Shown in pieces: positions 1 to 12,829 of a DNA stretch of 64,000 nucleotides (its first letter is position 1; each line of letters begins with the position of its first letter). The notes beneath the pieces are model-generated. The model saw only the letters and a list, made by a program, of their open reading frames with translations. It ran no database searches and was not told where the DNA came from. The DNA comes from Podarcis pityusensis (lineage: Eukaryota). Location: NCBI GenBank assembly GCA_964106645.2, contig OZ067038.1. One strand, 5' to 3'. The translations under genes and the position numbers were made by a program.

Positions 1-1784
1 CATAGTACTGTGCAGTATCGTGGTGATCTAGGGTAGAAGTGAACATTCTTAAATTTCAGATATAAGCAGATTGAAGCATTGCATGACTTTAAAGTAATTG
101 TCCAGTGTTTGGAGTGTGTGCATGCTCTGTAGATGTTACCAGCTGCTGTTGCAATTCCTTGCACCAGGTTGTGGAAGTGTCTGGAGATAGAAGGAACAGT
201 GGCCTACAAGTTTGACGTGGATGCATAAGAACTCAGTTTTTTTTAAATAGCACTATATTCTAGGAGTGCCTATGGTTACTAAACATCAGGTACTGACCAG
301 TAATCCAGCCTTGGTTCCCTACCACATAGGTGGTTAAATAAGTACACACATGAATCATGCAAAGCAGACCTTAGAAGGGCTTGGGGTGTGTGAAGGTGAA
401 GAGGAATCCTTATACAATTTATTTGCCTTTCCCTCCACATCCACATCCTTGTGACTGTTTGGTTCCCATTTCCTGAGCAGATACAATATTTTCCTCAAGT
501 TGTTTCCCTGTAACCCAGAAAATCTTTGTGGTGTGACAAATATGAGCGTTAAGATTTCCACAATAGCATTTAAATTACCATTAAAGCTGCAGTCAGCAAA
601 CTTGCTAACAAGTAAGCTCTGTTCAACATTGTGGAACTTAAGCCCAGCTTGGGCGCTCAATGTGAGAAGAGCAGGCATGTGCCATCTAGCCTTGCCCCCC
701 CCCCCATTGCATCCCCATGCCTGGCCTAGCTATTCTTGTGTTGGGAGAGTGAGCTTGAAAATTTGCCAGGCACCAGGTGTATTTTACACTTGGGTGTCTG
801 TCAATTGCCACCCAGTGAAGATGCCCAGGCACCAGGATGGCGTATCATGTCTGCACCATCTGGTGTCTGGCCCCAAAATGGCAACTAGACATTCCATTTT
901 GGCGATTGATACCATGGTTTAAGGAGCTGTTTGGCACCTAGCGTATGAGTTTCTAACACTGACTTCTGTACCTGTTGAGGCTTCCTGTACCATTTAGAAC
1001 TGTGTTTATGCAGAAGGATGCTACGAGGACTTGGCAGCAAGAACAGAGCAATCTAACTTCCCCACTATCCTCTATACAATTCTAAATAGCCCAACATAGA
1101 ATTCTTTCCATTTGAATATTTGTAGGGTTTGCACTCCAAGCTGTCAATCTCATGGGGTGCTTTTAGATTAGGGACAGTGACTGGCCCTACCTGTCTACCC
1201 AGGAGTGCTTAGCTTACAATGGGAGCGGGGAAAAGCCAAGTATGTTGCTCAGAGCTTCTTAGAGTAAGCGCAGGACATAACGTAAGAAACAAATGTGTTT
1301 TCTTTCTTTCTTTCACATTGCCGTCAATATAATATGTTGGACAGATGTCAACTAATAAAAGGACTAAAGCTTTAAAATGTTTGGGGATTGGTTTGAATAA
1401 ACAAAAGTGTTAAAAAAAATTCTGGCCCATTAGGAGGAATTAAGGAAGTCCGGTTCAGTGGATATGTTAATCAGCTGATAGGGCAACAGCTAATGGTAAT
1501 ATTACCTGCACGGTTCTTTCATTTGTACTTTCAATTTGTTGTTTATAGAATAAAAAAGTGTAGTTAAATATCTAAAAACCTAAAGCTACCAGTGGTACAA
1601 TGTTTTGGTGAATAAATTACTTGATGTTCCTTTCTTGCTTTTTTCTTTATGAGTTAATGGTCTGTAAATATAAAGGCTGTATTTTGTGAGTTGGAATTTT
1701 TTTTACTTATGTTGGACTATGTACACATTTTCAATTATTCTGCATCCAGATCCTTCCTGTGTCCTTTCTCTTTTTAAAGAAATA

Positions 1785-1997
1785 CAGAGGTACTTCTACT
1801 TATGTGCCTCTCTCGTTACGTATCCTTCAGGATACGCACGCGGCAAACCCGGAAGTATAGTTCCGGGTTTTGCCACATGCGCAGAAGCGCTCTATTGCGC
1901 CGTACATGTGCGCAGAACAGGCACCTCCGGTTGTGGAAACCTCAGGATCCGACCGGAGCTCCGGAATGGATCCTGTCCACAACCGGAGGTACCACTG
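1785..1997 (-). mobile_element. Tc1/mariner(Tigger)-like MITE, family A
   Basis: TA flanks; termini CAGAGGTACTTC / GAGGTACCACTG. Reverse complement aligns with 2810-3004. Strand is relative to that copy. Confidence 0.85.
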
Positions 1998-2809
1998 TAC
2001 TGCACTTGATGCCTTTCCCCCCAAAACCAGCTTTGATCCGAATGGAAAAGGGGGGGAACTCAACCTAGCCGCATATTAAACTGATAATGTGTACATATAG
2101 ATAATTATATAGATTAATTATGAAGTTAGTTTTTTATGACATTAATTAATTATTAAATTAATTTTGGTTTCAGGCTTCTATATTTAAAGGAGGGCACTGA
2201 CAAAAATATTAGCAGGATGAGAGCGAGTAAGATTACAGTGTTGTCAATGTTAAGGGGCTTATGTTGTTGGCTTGTGTGCTTGCAGTCTGAACCTGTCGCT
2301 GATCAATATGATAGGCAGTAGTCACAATTTATTGGCCTTCTATACCTCTTTAGCTGTGTCAGCAAGCTTGCTGGAACCCTGTGCTAAAAGTAATTTTCCA
2401 TTTGGAAAGCAAATCTGTCAGTCTAGTATGCACTGCCCTGGTTTGTTTGTATTATTTTTATTAATGATGTTAGGTTGCATCATTCCTCAAATCACAATTT
2501 GTAAGAAGGCTTGGGCTCAAACATAGTACGAAACCTTATTTAGGTATTGCATCTAAATCTAGCCCTATCTCATTATATATAGTTAGCCAACTATAATATG
2601 GAGAGATCTACAGCATAGCTATTGCTGTAGTTGGTATGCTATGGCCCTTTGTGGGTTCCCCATACCTTTCCGGGTACCACCACCCAATTTATTTGCAGGG
2701 TCAGTAGAAATTGATGTTTGTATTATGGCTGCTGGTGAAAACTTAGTGTGCATCTGTTGCAAATTAGTTTATGCTATCTTTAGGCTTTTGTGGCCTTTCT
2801 TTGAAACTA

Positions 2810-3004
2810 CAGTAGTACCTCCGGTTGTGGAGGCGATCCATTCCGGAGCTCCGGTCGGATCCCGAGGTTTCTGCAACCAGAGGAACCTCTTCTGCGCATG
2901 TGCGTGCAACGAAACCCGGGGAAAAAACACTTCCGGGTTTGCCGCGTTCGCATCCTGAAGGATACGCAACCGGAGGTGTGCATATCCAGAGGTACCACTC
3001 ACTG
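2810..3004 (+). mobile_element. Tc1/mariner(Tigger)-like MITE, family A
   Basis: TA|CAGTAGTACCTC...GAGGTACCACTCACTG|TA, with a small CACT duplication in the right TIR. Confidence 0.85.
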
Positions 3005-3239
3005 TACTTGCAACTTGCAATTGCTGCTCTTGCCTTACGTACTGGCAACCTTGGTTTTGAGCGGGGGTTGCATTCTGAGCCATCACGCATGTTGGCAGAG
3101 CGTGCATAAGCACACCCATTACACTCCATTCCCACTCCTTCCCCTGCCCCCGTTCTGCCCTTTTCCGGGTGTGAAAACAGCCTGTGTGTGTACAGACGTG
3201 TGTTTTTTGAAAGCATGCAAAACAGGGGTAAACATCCTT

Positions 3240-3545
3240 AAGAACAGAAGATGAGCCTTGCCGGATCAGGGCAAAGGCCCCTCTAGTCCAATATCCTGTT
3301 CTCACAGAGATCAACCAGATGCCTGTGGGAAGCCCACAAGCAACAGCACTCTCCCTGCTTGTGATTTCCAGCCCTGGTATTGAGAGGCACAGTGCTCCTG
3401 ACAGTGGAGCTAGATGCTAGAACATACCCACCATGGCTAACCAGTGATAGACTTATCTTTCATCAATTTGCCTATTCCTATTGTAAAGCTATCCAGTACA
3501 GTGACCATCACTGTATTTCATAGCTTACTGCATGAAAAGGTGCTT
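3240..3545 (-). mobile_element. CR1 LINE 3' remnant
   Basis: taagaac...gccggatcagggcaaaggcccctctagtcca...ctgttctcaca resembles the reverse complement of a reptile CR1 3' end. A related copy lies at ~10205. Confidence 0.65.
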
Positions 3546-5527
3546 AACTCTTGAAGGATTGTTTCCATTATTGATGAAATGGTGCATCTTTAACTTGTGG
3601 CTTTTAAGAAGGTAGGAGAACCAAAATATCAGATTAATGATTCCTTGAGTGCCTCCTCAATCTGATGTTTCGAGGGCATGGAGGCAGAACAAGCCCTACT
3701 CAGTTATGGACCACTCCCCCCGGCATCTTTCTTCTCCCTTCACTAATGTATTTACATTGTCAGGCAAAGACCCTTCTATTGTCCGAGGCCCTTTAATTCC
3801 ATCTTAATCCTTTTAACATCCTTTTAATGTTGATATTAATATTGTAATCTTTAGGATTTGTTTTGTTTTGCTTTGTTTTTGGTGACTGGGACATGTTTTA
3901 TCCCCTTAGGTTATTTTAGCTTTCTTGTGACCAGGTTATACCCTTTTCCTCATTTCGGCTTCTGTATTATATGAGTTTTAGTGTATATTTTGATTGTATT
4001 TTGTAGATGTTATGTTACTGAGCACAGTTACGATAAGTACTGTAGAAACTGAGAGGAACTCCGCATACTTCACACTTTAAAACAAACCCTGCACTGTTAG
4101 TGAGGTGAAATATATTAATAATTTGACCTCTACTGCCCTTGCATATGAACTTCATTTATAGGGGAAAGGGTGAGTCTTTAAAAGTTGAACATAACGCAAA
4201 TTAGATTATTTGCTTTGTGTTGGTTAAACTACTCAAACTGAAAATTTATCGTTTGTTACCTTACTATCAAGGCTTTGAACATCTATTTGGAAACTAAGCA
4301 CACATACCTTTTTAGTGTTCTTGCAATGTTGCTATGGTAATAGGAAAATGTCTGCATAGTTAACAAGCCAATGTCAGGTAATGGAGGCTTTGCAAAAATA
4401 AGTTCAGCTAAGCATTTGCCTGGGGCACTGAAAAACAAGTTGCCCATAAAAGCTGCTTACCAACGAAAACTATTTTAGATGGAATTGGATTTATACAGTC
4501 TGTGCAGTCCTCTGATATGCTAATTGATATTGCTGTGGTTGGAGAGTTTGCAGATGGCAAATAACTGATGTAGGGGATTGCTGCAGAATAACTGCTTTTC
4601 CTCCTTTCTAAAAAAAACCCCAAACATGTTATGCAACAGGTAACATGCTTTATTGTGAGATAGCAGCACACAGCACACACAGTCAGCTGTCAAAAGTTAT
4701 GTTGCAGTTACATTTTGTGCATGTGTTTGTGGCACATCTCACAATGTTTTTCATCATGAGAACTATCGATTCACAAAATGTTTCATGCTTTATTTAATAA
4801 AATCTTTTCCTCTTCCTCTCTCTTTGAAAATGGGTTCTCCATTTGCACCAGTGTTAAATATGTTTAAGGCTAGCTAGGGTTCACTCTTAACCAAGATTTG
4901 GCATGCTGCTTGATTACTCTGAAGATCAGGCAGGGAAATTACCTCTAAAGTGGGAAAGAGGTGGAAGTAAGGCACACAGCAATGTTCCTGATCTTTTCAG
5001 GAGCAGTTGAGAGAGACCCATATATTAAAAATGCACTGTCTAATAGTTGCGGAACGGGATTGGATAATGGTTTGCTTTTTCACATGAGCTGGTACAGATT
5101 TTGCCCTGATATTAGTGCTTGGAAATGGGGGGTGGTCAGTTCCCTGTCTTATCCATGAGAACGGTTGTGCACAAGATGCAGTCTTCCATGCCCAAATGAC
5201 ACACACACACACCCCCCCCCCCGCTTTTAATGGAATTGCCGCAGTATTGGTGAGATGAATGAGACTTTTTTTTTAAGGAGTGAGCACTTGAACATTGAAA
5301 TGGTTACAAAAATGCTAAATTTAGTAATAGCAAGAGAATGTCTTTAAAGTATTTTTAAATCCTTTCCAATTTTAAGGCCTCAGCGGATTGCAGAATGTTA
5401 AAAATAGAAACTCTGAAAAGGTAGCTGCCAAACCCTTGTTTCTAATCGTTGGACTGTGTTTGTCCAGAGTCTTACTAACTTTCTGCAACTCCAGCAACAT
5501 ATTTCTGGCAACAAAAGCCCCCTAAGC

Positions 5528-5785
5528 CATGGGTAGGCAAATTAAGGCCCGGGGGCCGGATCCGGCCCAACCGCCTTCTAAATCCAACCTGCGGACGGTC
5601 TGGGAATCAGCATGTTTTTACATGAGTAGAATGTGTCCTTTTATTTAAAATGCATCTCTGGGTTATTTGTAGGGCATAGGAATTCGTTAATTCCCCCCTC
5701 CCCCCCAAAAAAATATAGTCTGGCCCCCCACAAGGTCTGAGGGACAGTGGACCAGCCCCCTGCTGAAAAAGTTTGCTGACCCCTG
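5528..5785 (-). mobile_element. hAT-type MITE, family H1
   Basis: Perfect 8-bp TSD CCCTAAGC; termini CATGGGTAGGCAAA / TTTGCTGACCCCTG. Inverted homologue at 33523-33771. Confidence 0.9.
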
Positions 5786-6934
5786 CCCTAAGCCATAGCC
5801 AATATAAGGACTAGAACAAACATTTAAGTTTTTTCCATGAGGTTTTGTTTCAAGTTGCCTTCATGTGTTTGCCATCCATGCAGAAATACAATCAAATGTT
5901 TGGGAACAAAAACTGTTTATCTGTGCATAATCCTGCTTTCTTTCCTCCAGGCATGAATCAATCATTGTGTGTGTGGGGGGGGTGTTAAGTCAACTTCCTC
6001 TGCTGCTGCATCTCCCAGCATTCATTGCACATGTTGGGTGATGGTAGTTCCTGTTGAATATTTGCCCGCTTTGTGGCCGAACACTTTCTGTCTTTGTTTA
6101 TGCTGCCGCTGCCATACCAGTTTCACTGGAACAGTGTGGCATGGATGATATTTTACCCTGGCTTTTCATGTGAATTATGCAGCATGCTGTGTATTTGAAG
6201 CTACAGAGCAAACCTCTGTCCAAACTCTGCTCTACTGCTGCGTACTGTATGGACTTTGCTTTGCTATTTTTGTGAATGCACCATTTCCATTAAATTGTGC
6301 TCTATTATTAATTAATGTTATGGTTGTGTTAATATTATGATATGGTTTGAAGCACAGAGATTTTGGTACCAGCTCTGGAAATTATCATTAACAAAAATGC
6401 TAATGATGCCACAAGGCAAGCATCACACAAAATTAATTACAAGTCCATGTTTTAGATGCATGAGTGAAGAGTTAGCGATAAACGGTTTTTTAAATTAGAA
6501 ATCAAAATTTAGAATTATAATTAGCAATGCAGTGGTGTTTTACATATGACAACTGTTATGTAATGTAAATAAATAAATAAATACTGTACTACTACTCTTC
6601 GGATGCATTTTGATACTTTGATACATTTGTACTACTAATTAAAACCACTATTTTTGGTGCTAAATAAAACTCATTATTAAAAGATAAAGTCAAACTTTTT
6701 GTGAATTGATATGACATTGTGGTTTTTGAATTAGGTTGTTTTACTGCACTAGAAAAAGAAACTCAAAACAACTTTTAATGCAGGAAATAGTGATATTTTT
6801 CAAAAAGGGAGTCTTATACTGTTGTCATACCAATCTTTTATTTTTCATATGAAACTTTTTAAAGTGGTAACATAAAGAGTTTTCCTTATTTTTCCCCCCT
6901 TTATATTTTATGATTTAAGCCACATTTCTTAGAA

Positions 6935-7307
6935 GGACGCGGGTGGTGCTTAGTCTAAACCACTGAGCCTTGCTGATCAGAAGGTCGTCTGTTCAAATCC
7001 ATGTGACGGAGTGAGCTCCTGTTGCTGTGTCCCAGCTTCTGTCAACCTAGCAGTTAGAAAGCATATCAGTGCAAGGAGATAAATAGGTATCACTGTGGCA
7101 GGAAGGTAAATGGCATTTCTGTGCGCTCTGGTTTCCGTCACAGTGTTCCATTGCGCCAGAAGCGGCTTAGTCATGCTGGCCACATCACCCAGAAAGCTGT
7201 CTGTGGACAAACGCCGGCTCCTTGGCTTGAAAAGTGAGATGAGCACTGCACCTCAAAGTTGCCTCATTGACTGGACTTAACCATCCAGGGGTCCTTTACC
7301 TTACCTT
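6935..7307 (+). mobile_element. Sauria SINE, full length
   Basis: tRNA-like head ggacgcgggtggtgct...gttcaaatcc; 3' tail cctttaccttacctt; 12-bp TSD ACATTTCTTAGA (6922-6933 and 7308-7319). Confidence 0.9.
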
Positions 7308-8902
7308 ACATTTCTTAGACATTTCTTAGGCTTAGAGGTTCTTCAGGGTGATTCCTAAAATGCTTACAATAATAGAAATTAATAATGCAATTTTTTTTTT
7401 AGTTATCAAAATTGGTTATAGTGCTCAAATTTCTGGTCAACAATAAAACACTGATAGGAGCATAACAATATTTTCGGTTTTTAATTTAACAGTTTTAATT
7501 TAACAGTTAAATAATTCATTTTGCGACATGTCAAAACTTTACACATTTTTTTAATTAAAAAAACAGTTTGGGTAACAGCACTATATTCTAAGCTACCTCG
7601 TGCAAAAACATGCTAGTAAGACTCATATTTGTTTTTGGAACTGGAACTTGATGACTTATTGTCCATGCATAGTACAGTGTTGCATACTGCTGCTTAATAC
7701 AAAAAAAAAAAAAAAAAAAGCTCAGGCAGCTGGTTAAATGCTGCAGAGCTGACAATATTTGCAGTATCCTTTTTGCAAATATGAAAAAGTGAACTAAGGC
7801 AGCTGTATCGTTCTCCTTTCTGGTTGTGCTTTACATAGGATGATATTTTTCATGATTATGTGCTCAACATATCTTATACCTGATGTTCTTTTGAGACAGA
7901 GAAGTTATGTTCTATCAAGCCTTTTTTCAAATTCCAATCCCTATGAGTCATTTGCTGGTTAAAAAGATGCAGATGTTTTAAACTCATGGAATTGTCCTTA
8001 CCATTGCATTGCTAAGCAGCTGTCCCTTCAACCTAGCTAACACTGACGGCTGAAGGGTGGACAGCATGAACAGCAAGGTTTAACTTCCCTGTTCTTATAG
8101 TAGATCTGTGTTGTCTGAGCTCATTTTTTAAAAGAAATATATATATTAACAGGCTGTTTGGGACAAGGAATGGAGGGCTTCCTGCCAAACCACTCAATAT
8201 GGAACTTTTAGATTCAAAAGGGCTTTGCATATGCCTTGGTTAGGGAGACACACCGTACATAATGTATTGTTTACCGGTGCACAGCAAAAAAAAAAGAAAG
8301 AATCTTAAATCAAATTTTGACTGCAGCCAAAAGCTTCCTTCTGGTCCTCTTCCAAGTTCTCCAGAATGCAGAGGAATATAAACTCAATATAATTGTACAT
8401 TCTGAGTATGTGTGCTGTAATAACATTTGCAAAAGGCAAATGATTCTGGAAGAGCGTTGCACAGTTGGCCTCTGACCTCAGATGTGTGCCATGTGAAGGC
8501 ATTTTTGTGTGGGGTTTTTTAGGGGGGAATTTAGGAAGCATGTTAAATGTGCACACAAACCCTCACAGTATATGCATGCAAGCACATGCACATATGTATT
8601 CCTGCCAATATGTGTAGTTAACATAAGGAGTCTGCCAGTATGGCTCCTCTTATTGGCTAGGTGTCATGGGAAAACACTAAGGCAAATAGAGTAGAAAACA
8701 AGTTCCTAATACACAAAGAACGTCATGATTCTACATGGTATTTATTCAGTGGAAAATAGTGCAGGAAGAGTCCATCTTCCTGGAGAAACTTTAGATAAAC
8801 GTTGTGGAGGACCTACAGACTAATATTAGTTACAAAAAGGAAGGTAATGGATTGTACTTGTAATAATTCAGTTTGTTTTTACAATCCAGGAAATGATGAC
8901 TA

Positions 8903-9128
8903 CAGTGGTACCTTGGGTTACATATGCTTCAGGTTACAGACTCCACTAACCCAGAAATAGTACCTTGGGTTAAGAACTTTGCTTCAGGATGAGAACAGAA
9001 ATCGTGCTCTGGCGGTGCAGCAGGAGGAGGAGGCCCCATTAACTAAAGTGGTGCTTCAGATTAAGAACAGTTTCAGGTTAAGAACGGACTTCCGGAACAA
9101 ATTAAGTACTTAACCCGAGGTACCACTG
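8903..9128 (+). mobile_element. Tc1/mariner(Tigger)-like MITE, family B
   Basis: TA|CAGTGGTACCTTGGGTTA...TAACCCGAGGTACCACTG|TA. Near-identical to 46134-46359. Confidence 0.92.
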
Positions 9129-9988
9129 TACAGCTACAGAGCAGCTTGGAGCCATCCTTGATGTTAACGAAGGATGGGAGGGATTTCCCAGTGCTGTGTC
9201 TGCTGCAGATATTTCCATAATAGGTTCAGTTGTGTTCAGTTTGTAAAATGTAAGCACAGAGACCCCTTTTTGACACACAGTTTTTCGAAATGCAGCCCTT
9301 CATATGCTAAGTTCTATGTGCATGGTAACAGTGCCTAAAAAGAACACTTGCTTCGCATGCCGCCACCGTAAAGGAATGTGCTTCACCTGAGAGAAGGGTG
9401 GCAATAACCATCCACCAACTTGCTTCTGTTGCAAATTGCTAAGCTTTTTGTTACAATGTACATAACGTTGGCTGAAGTCTCTGAATTGATTAGCAGAAAA
9501 CTTCCTGGACTGTAATCAAGATAGGCAATCTGCAGTGATCAATTAATTTGTAGCAAAAGAGACCTCCAATTGTGTTAGTGCTTGGGCAAAAGTCATGTGC
9601 CCCTTTCAGTTCCAGACCTGTTAACTATTATAAATATGATTCCTTGCAAACCATAGTGGATTCAGAATGTTCAGATGTGTCTTGACAACTGTCATGATGC
9701 TAGAGTCCTGAGAATACTCTGTGGTCATTGGGTAACCATGACTAAGGAGAACATGGAAGTGAGCAAGTGTTGTTGGCTGTTTGGCTTATCTCTTGATGTC
9801 GTGTTAATGCAATAGTTTCCATGCTCTTCAAATAATGCGGACAAAAACTTTAGCCATATTCTAAGGGTATCTGATATCTGGGTAATAAAAGGAAGCTAGA
9901 ACATGCTTCTGAACTGTGTAGATTTCAGCGGCTTCTTTACACAACATTTGCTGCCATAAATGAGAGGTTATTGTATGGTACATCATTT

Positions 9989-10013
9989 ATTCATTCATTC
10001 ATTCATTCATTCA
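9989..10013. repeat. (TTCA)n microsatellite
   Basis: Direct read. Confidence 0.9.
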
Positions 10014-10204
10014 ATTAGAGCAGAAATATGACCTTGGAGCTCTTCATCTGCACAGCACACACCTATCCGAAGATCTAAGTGAGAAATAGAGAATGTGAGG
10101 GGAAATGATGCAGAATGTGATTTACAATCACTTTTGGCCATTCCTTAAATTTTCTTCATTTAAGACAATGTCTCAGAGATACTAATGAATTAAAAACAAA
10201 TTCA

Positions 10205-10685
10205 GACATAAGAAGAGCTCTGCTGGATCAGACCAAAGGCCTTTCTCGCCCAGCATTGTGTTCCCATATGACCAACCTGTAGACAGGAGCCCTCTCCCAC
10301 TCATAATTGCCAGCAACTAGCTCCCAGAGATATACTACTGAGAATGGAGGTAGTATCTAGCCAATGATAGCCTATTCAAGTGGGCAGCCATCATTACATC
10401 TTTTAGTAGTGAATTCTGTAGTTTAGCTCTTCTCGTGCCTCCTTTTGGCTGTCCTAAATGTCTTTTGCCATTTTGCTTCATTGGAAGACTCTGGGTTCAA
10501 GTATTATGATAGAGGAATAAAAAACATTTCCAAACCAGCTTTCTTTATACTATGTGTAATTTCACACATCTCCATCCTGTCCACCTTATTTCCTTTTTCT
10601 GAACTAAAAAAGTCTCACATTGTAATTTTTCCAGATAGGGAGGTTTTTCCAATTTCCTGATAATTTAGGTTGTCCTTTCCTGCAG
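10205..10685 (-). mobile_element. CR1 LINE 3' remnant (degenerate)
   Basis: cataagaagagctctgctggatcagaccaaaggcc... is similar to the 3240 copy. Right boundary approximate. Confidence 0.6.
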
Positions 10686-11555
10686 ATATAAGAGGCATTT
10701 TATTTTTATTTCATTCAATATGTAGAATGTGAGTATTTGTTCAATAAAGTGTTTAATACAAACTAAGCAGCTTTAGTCTGTAATCCTTAAAGTAGTTCCC
10801 TGTGTCATTGTCAGCCAATATACCCATGCACACATTTTTTAAAGAGTGCATTGATTGATTCTATAACATGGCAGAAATCCCAAATTTTATGTACAATTCT
10901 GCAAAGTATGAAACAGAGAATATATAATAAAATTATAAAACTGAAAAAGTGGGAAAGCAGTAAACCTCTACAGGTCAAACATTGATATCCATCTAGCCAT
11001 AATGTTAAAATGTCTATAAATGGTCTCATATTGTTTATGTATGTATAAGCATGTTTAGTGCACAGTTCTGGCCGAGTTTAGAATTTGCAGATTACATAAT
11101 TCACTTCTTACAACTGCATCCAATAGGCTTCACACATTATCAGTTTTCATTTTTAAAAAATAAGTATCTTTAAAAACAGCATATTGTGAACTGCATTGCT
11201 CACCAGATATCAATAAAGATGCAGTTCCAAGAGATATCAGATTGGGTTACAGAAGTGTATGCCTCCTCCTTGTCCCTATATTAAGGATAGAATCTGGACG
11301 TGTGGTTCTACTTTTTCTTGAGCAAATCCATTTTTCCTTGAAAGTGATACTGTCTTTCGATACACAGAAGTGATGCTAGCACAGAAGACAATGATGAAAG
11401 GAATGGCAGGAAAAATACCCAAGTTAATACAATTAAAGGGGATGCCTGGAGACAGTTGTTCCAAATTAGTCTTTTGTAATTTGCAGTACGTGGCTGGATA
11501 AATATTTGATAGTGCACCCTCATGAAACAGGCTGTTGTCATGATTTCAGCTGTAA

Positions 11556-11578
11556 AGAGAGAGAGAGAGAGAGAGAGA
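11556..11578. repeat. (GA)n microsatellite
   Basis: Direct read. Confidence 0.9.
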
Positions 11579-12616
11579 ACCTATAATTTATGTGGAAAAC
11601 ATGGAATGCCATTCATGCAAACATGAAATCCATATCAAAACAATATAATCATATGAGATTTGTAAAATTTCAGCTGGACAACTGGGGAGGGAGGATGAGA
11701 GAAGCAAACACAATAATCAGTTCTTACAGTTTCTTACTACAACCAGCAAGGATTGAAACAGCCTGATGAAATGGCTGCTGCCAGGTGACAGCTGAGGTCT
11801 CTCTCAGCAAACCTGATGGAATAGCCTTATTTTCCTTCTCTTCCAATACTTTGCAGCCTGTCTGAATAGCTGATGCTAGGAGACTTTGGGGGGGAGAGCA
11901 AAAGACAGCTGGTTTCTCAGTGGAGCTAATGGAATAGATGTTCTTCCATTATTTCCTTTTGCTGCAGCCACTGAAGACAGTGAGACTGAAATAGAGGATG
12001 TGTGGAATCAAGGAGGAGTTGAAGGGCAGTGTGCACGCATTTGCCATCCACATTGAACTCCTTTTCATAGACGGAAGGTAGCCTCAGTTTAAGAAAGTGC
12101 TTAGCTTGTATTTTAATGAATCATGCTAATGAGTTCCTTCATTAAAATATAGTTTGCCTTATGTCTGATTTTGCACAGAAATAGCAAAGACGAAATAAAA
12201 TAGAGGTTGTACAGTATCTGGCAAAGAAATAGTGCATTGTGTCTATCCATTGCAGCAGAGAAGGGCAGGACATTCAAGAGGCTGGTTGAGTTTGTAGGAA
12301 CTGTTGCCAAGAGGCAGAATCTAGGGTTTATGTTACTTGGTAGGAAGAGGAGGGGAGGATTAATCTTTAAGGCTCGAGGTATGTATTTTTCCAGGCCTTG
12401 GAAAAGCATGTCACTTGTGTGGGCAGAGAAGTGTTTTTGCGCCTTGTGATCCAGACTTGGGGATGGTTATTTAAAACTGTTGGATGCCTTTGGAATTAAG
12501 CATGCTTCTCACTCCTGCCTCATCCCTCATGCTAAGAGAGGTGTGTTGCGAGAGACTAGAGAGGGAAGGCAGATGCAAAGATGGTGGGGTTTTTACATCT
12601 GTTAATTATTCCAATA

Positions 12617-12829
12617 CAGTCGAACCTCTACTTACCACCGCCTCTTCTTACAGTCGTTCCAAGTCGCAACCGCGGCAAACCCAGAAGTAACCAGAAGTTT
12701 GCCGCCGTTCACGCATGCGCAGAAGTGGGCAATTGCCGCCTGTGCACAACGGCGTCTCTCCCAGCAACCCGTTTCGACCTGTGGATGGACCTCCAGAACG
12801 GATTATGGTCGCAAATAGAGGTTCCACTG
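12617..12829. mobile_element. Tc1/mariner(Tigger)-like MITE, family C
   Basis: TA|CAGTCGAACCTCTA...TAGAGGTTCCACTG|TA. Internal gcggcaaacccagaagt and catgcgcagaag are shared with family A. Confidence 0.85.

Noticed and set aside
1686-3314. Cluster of overlapping 60-180 aa ORFs
   Set aside because: They arise from GC-rich, non-coding MITE sequence and have no transposase motifs.
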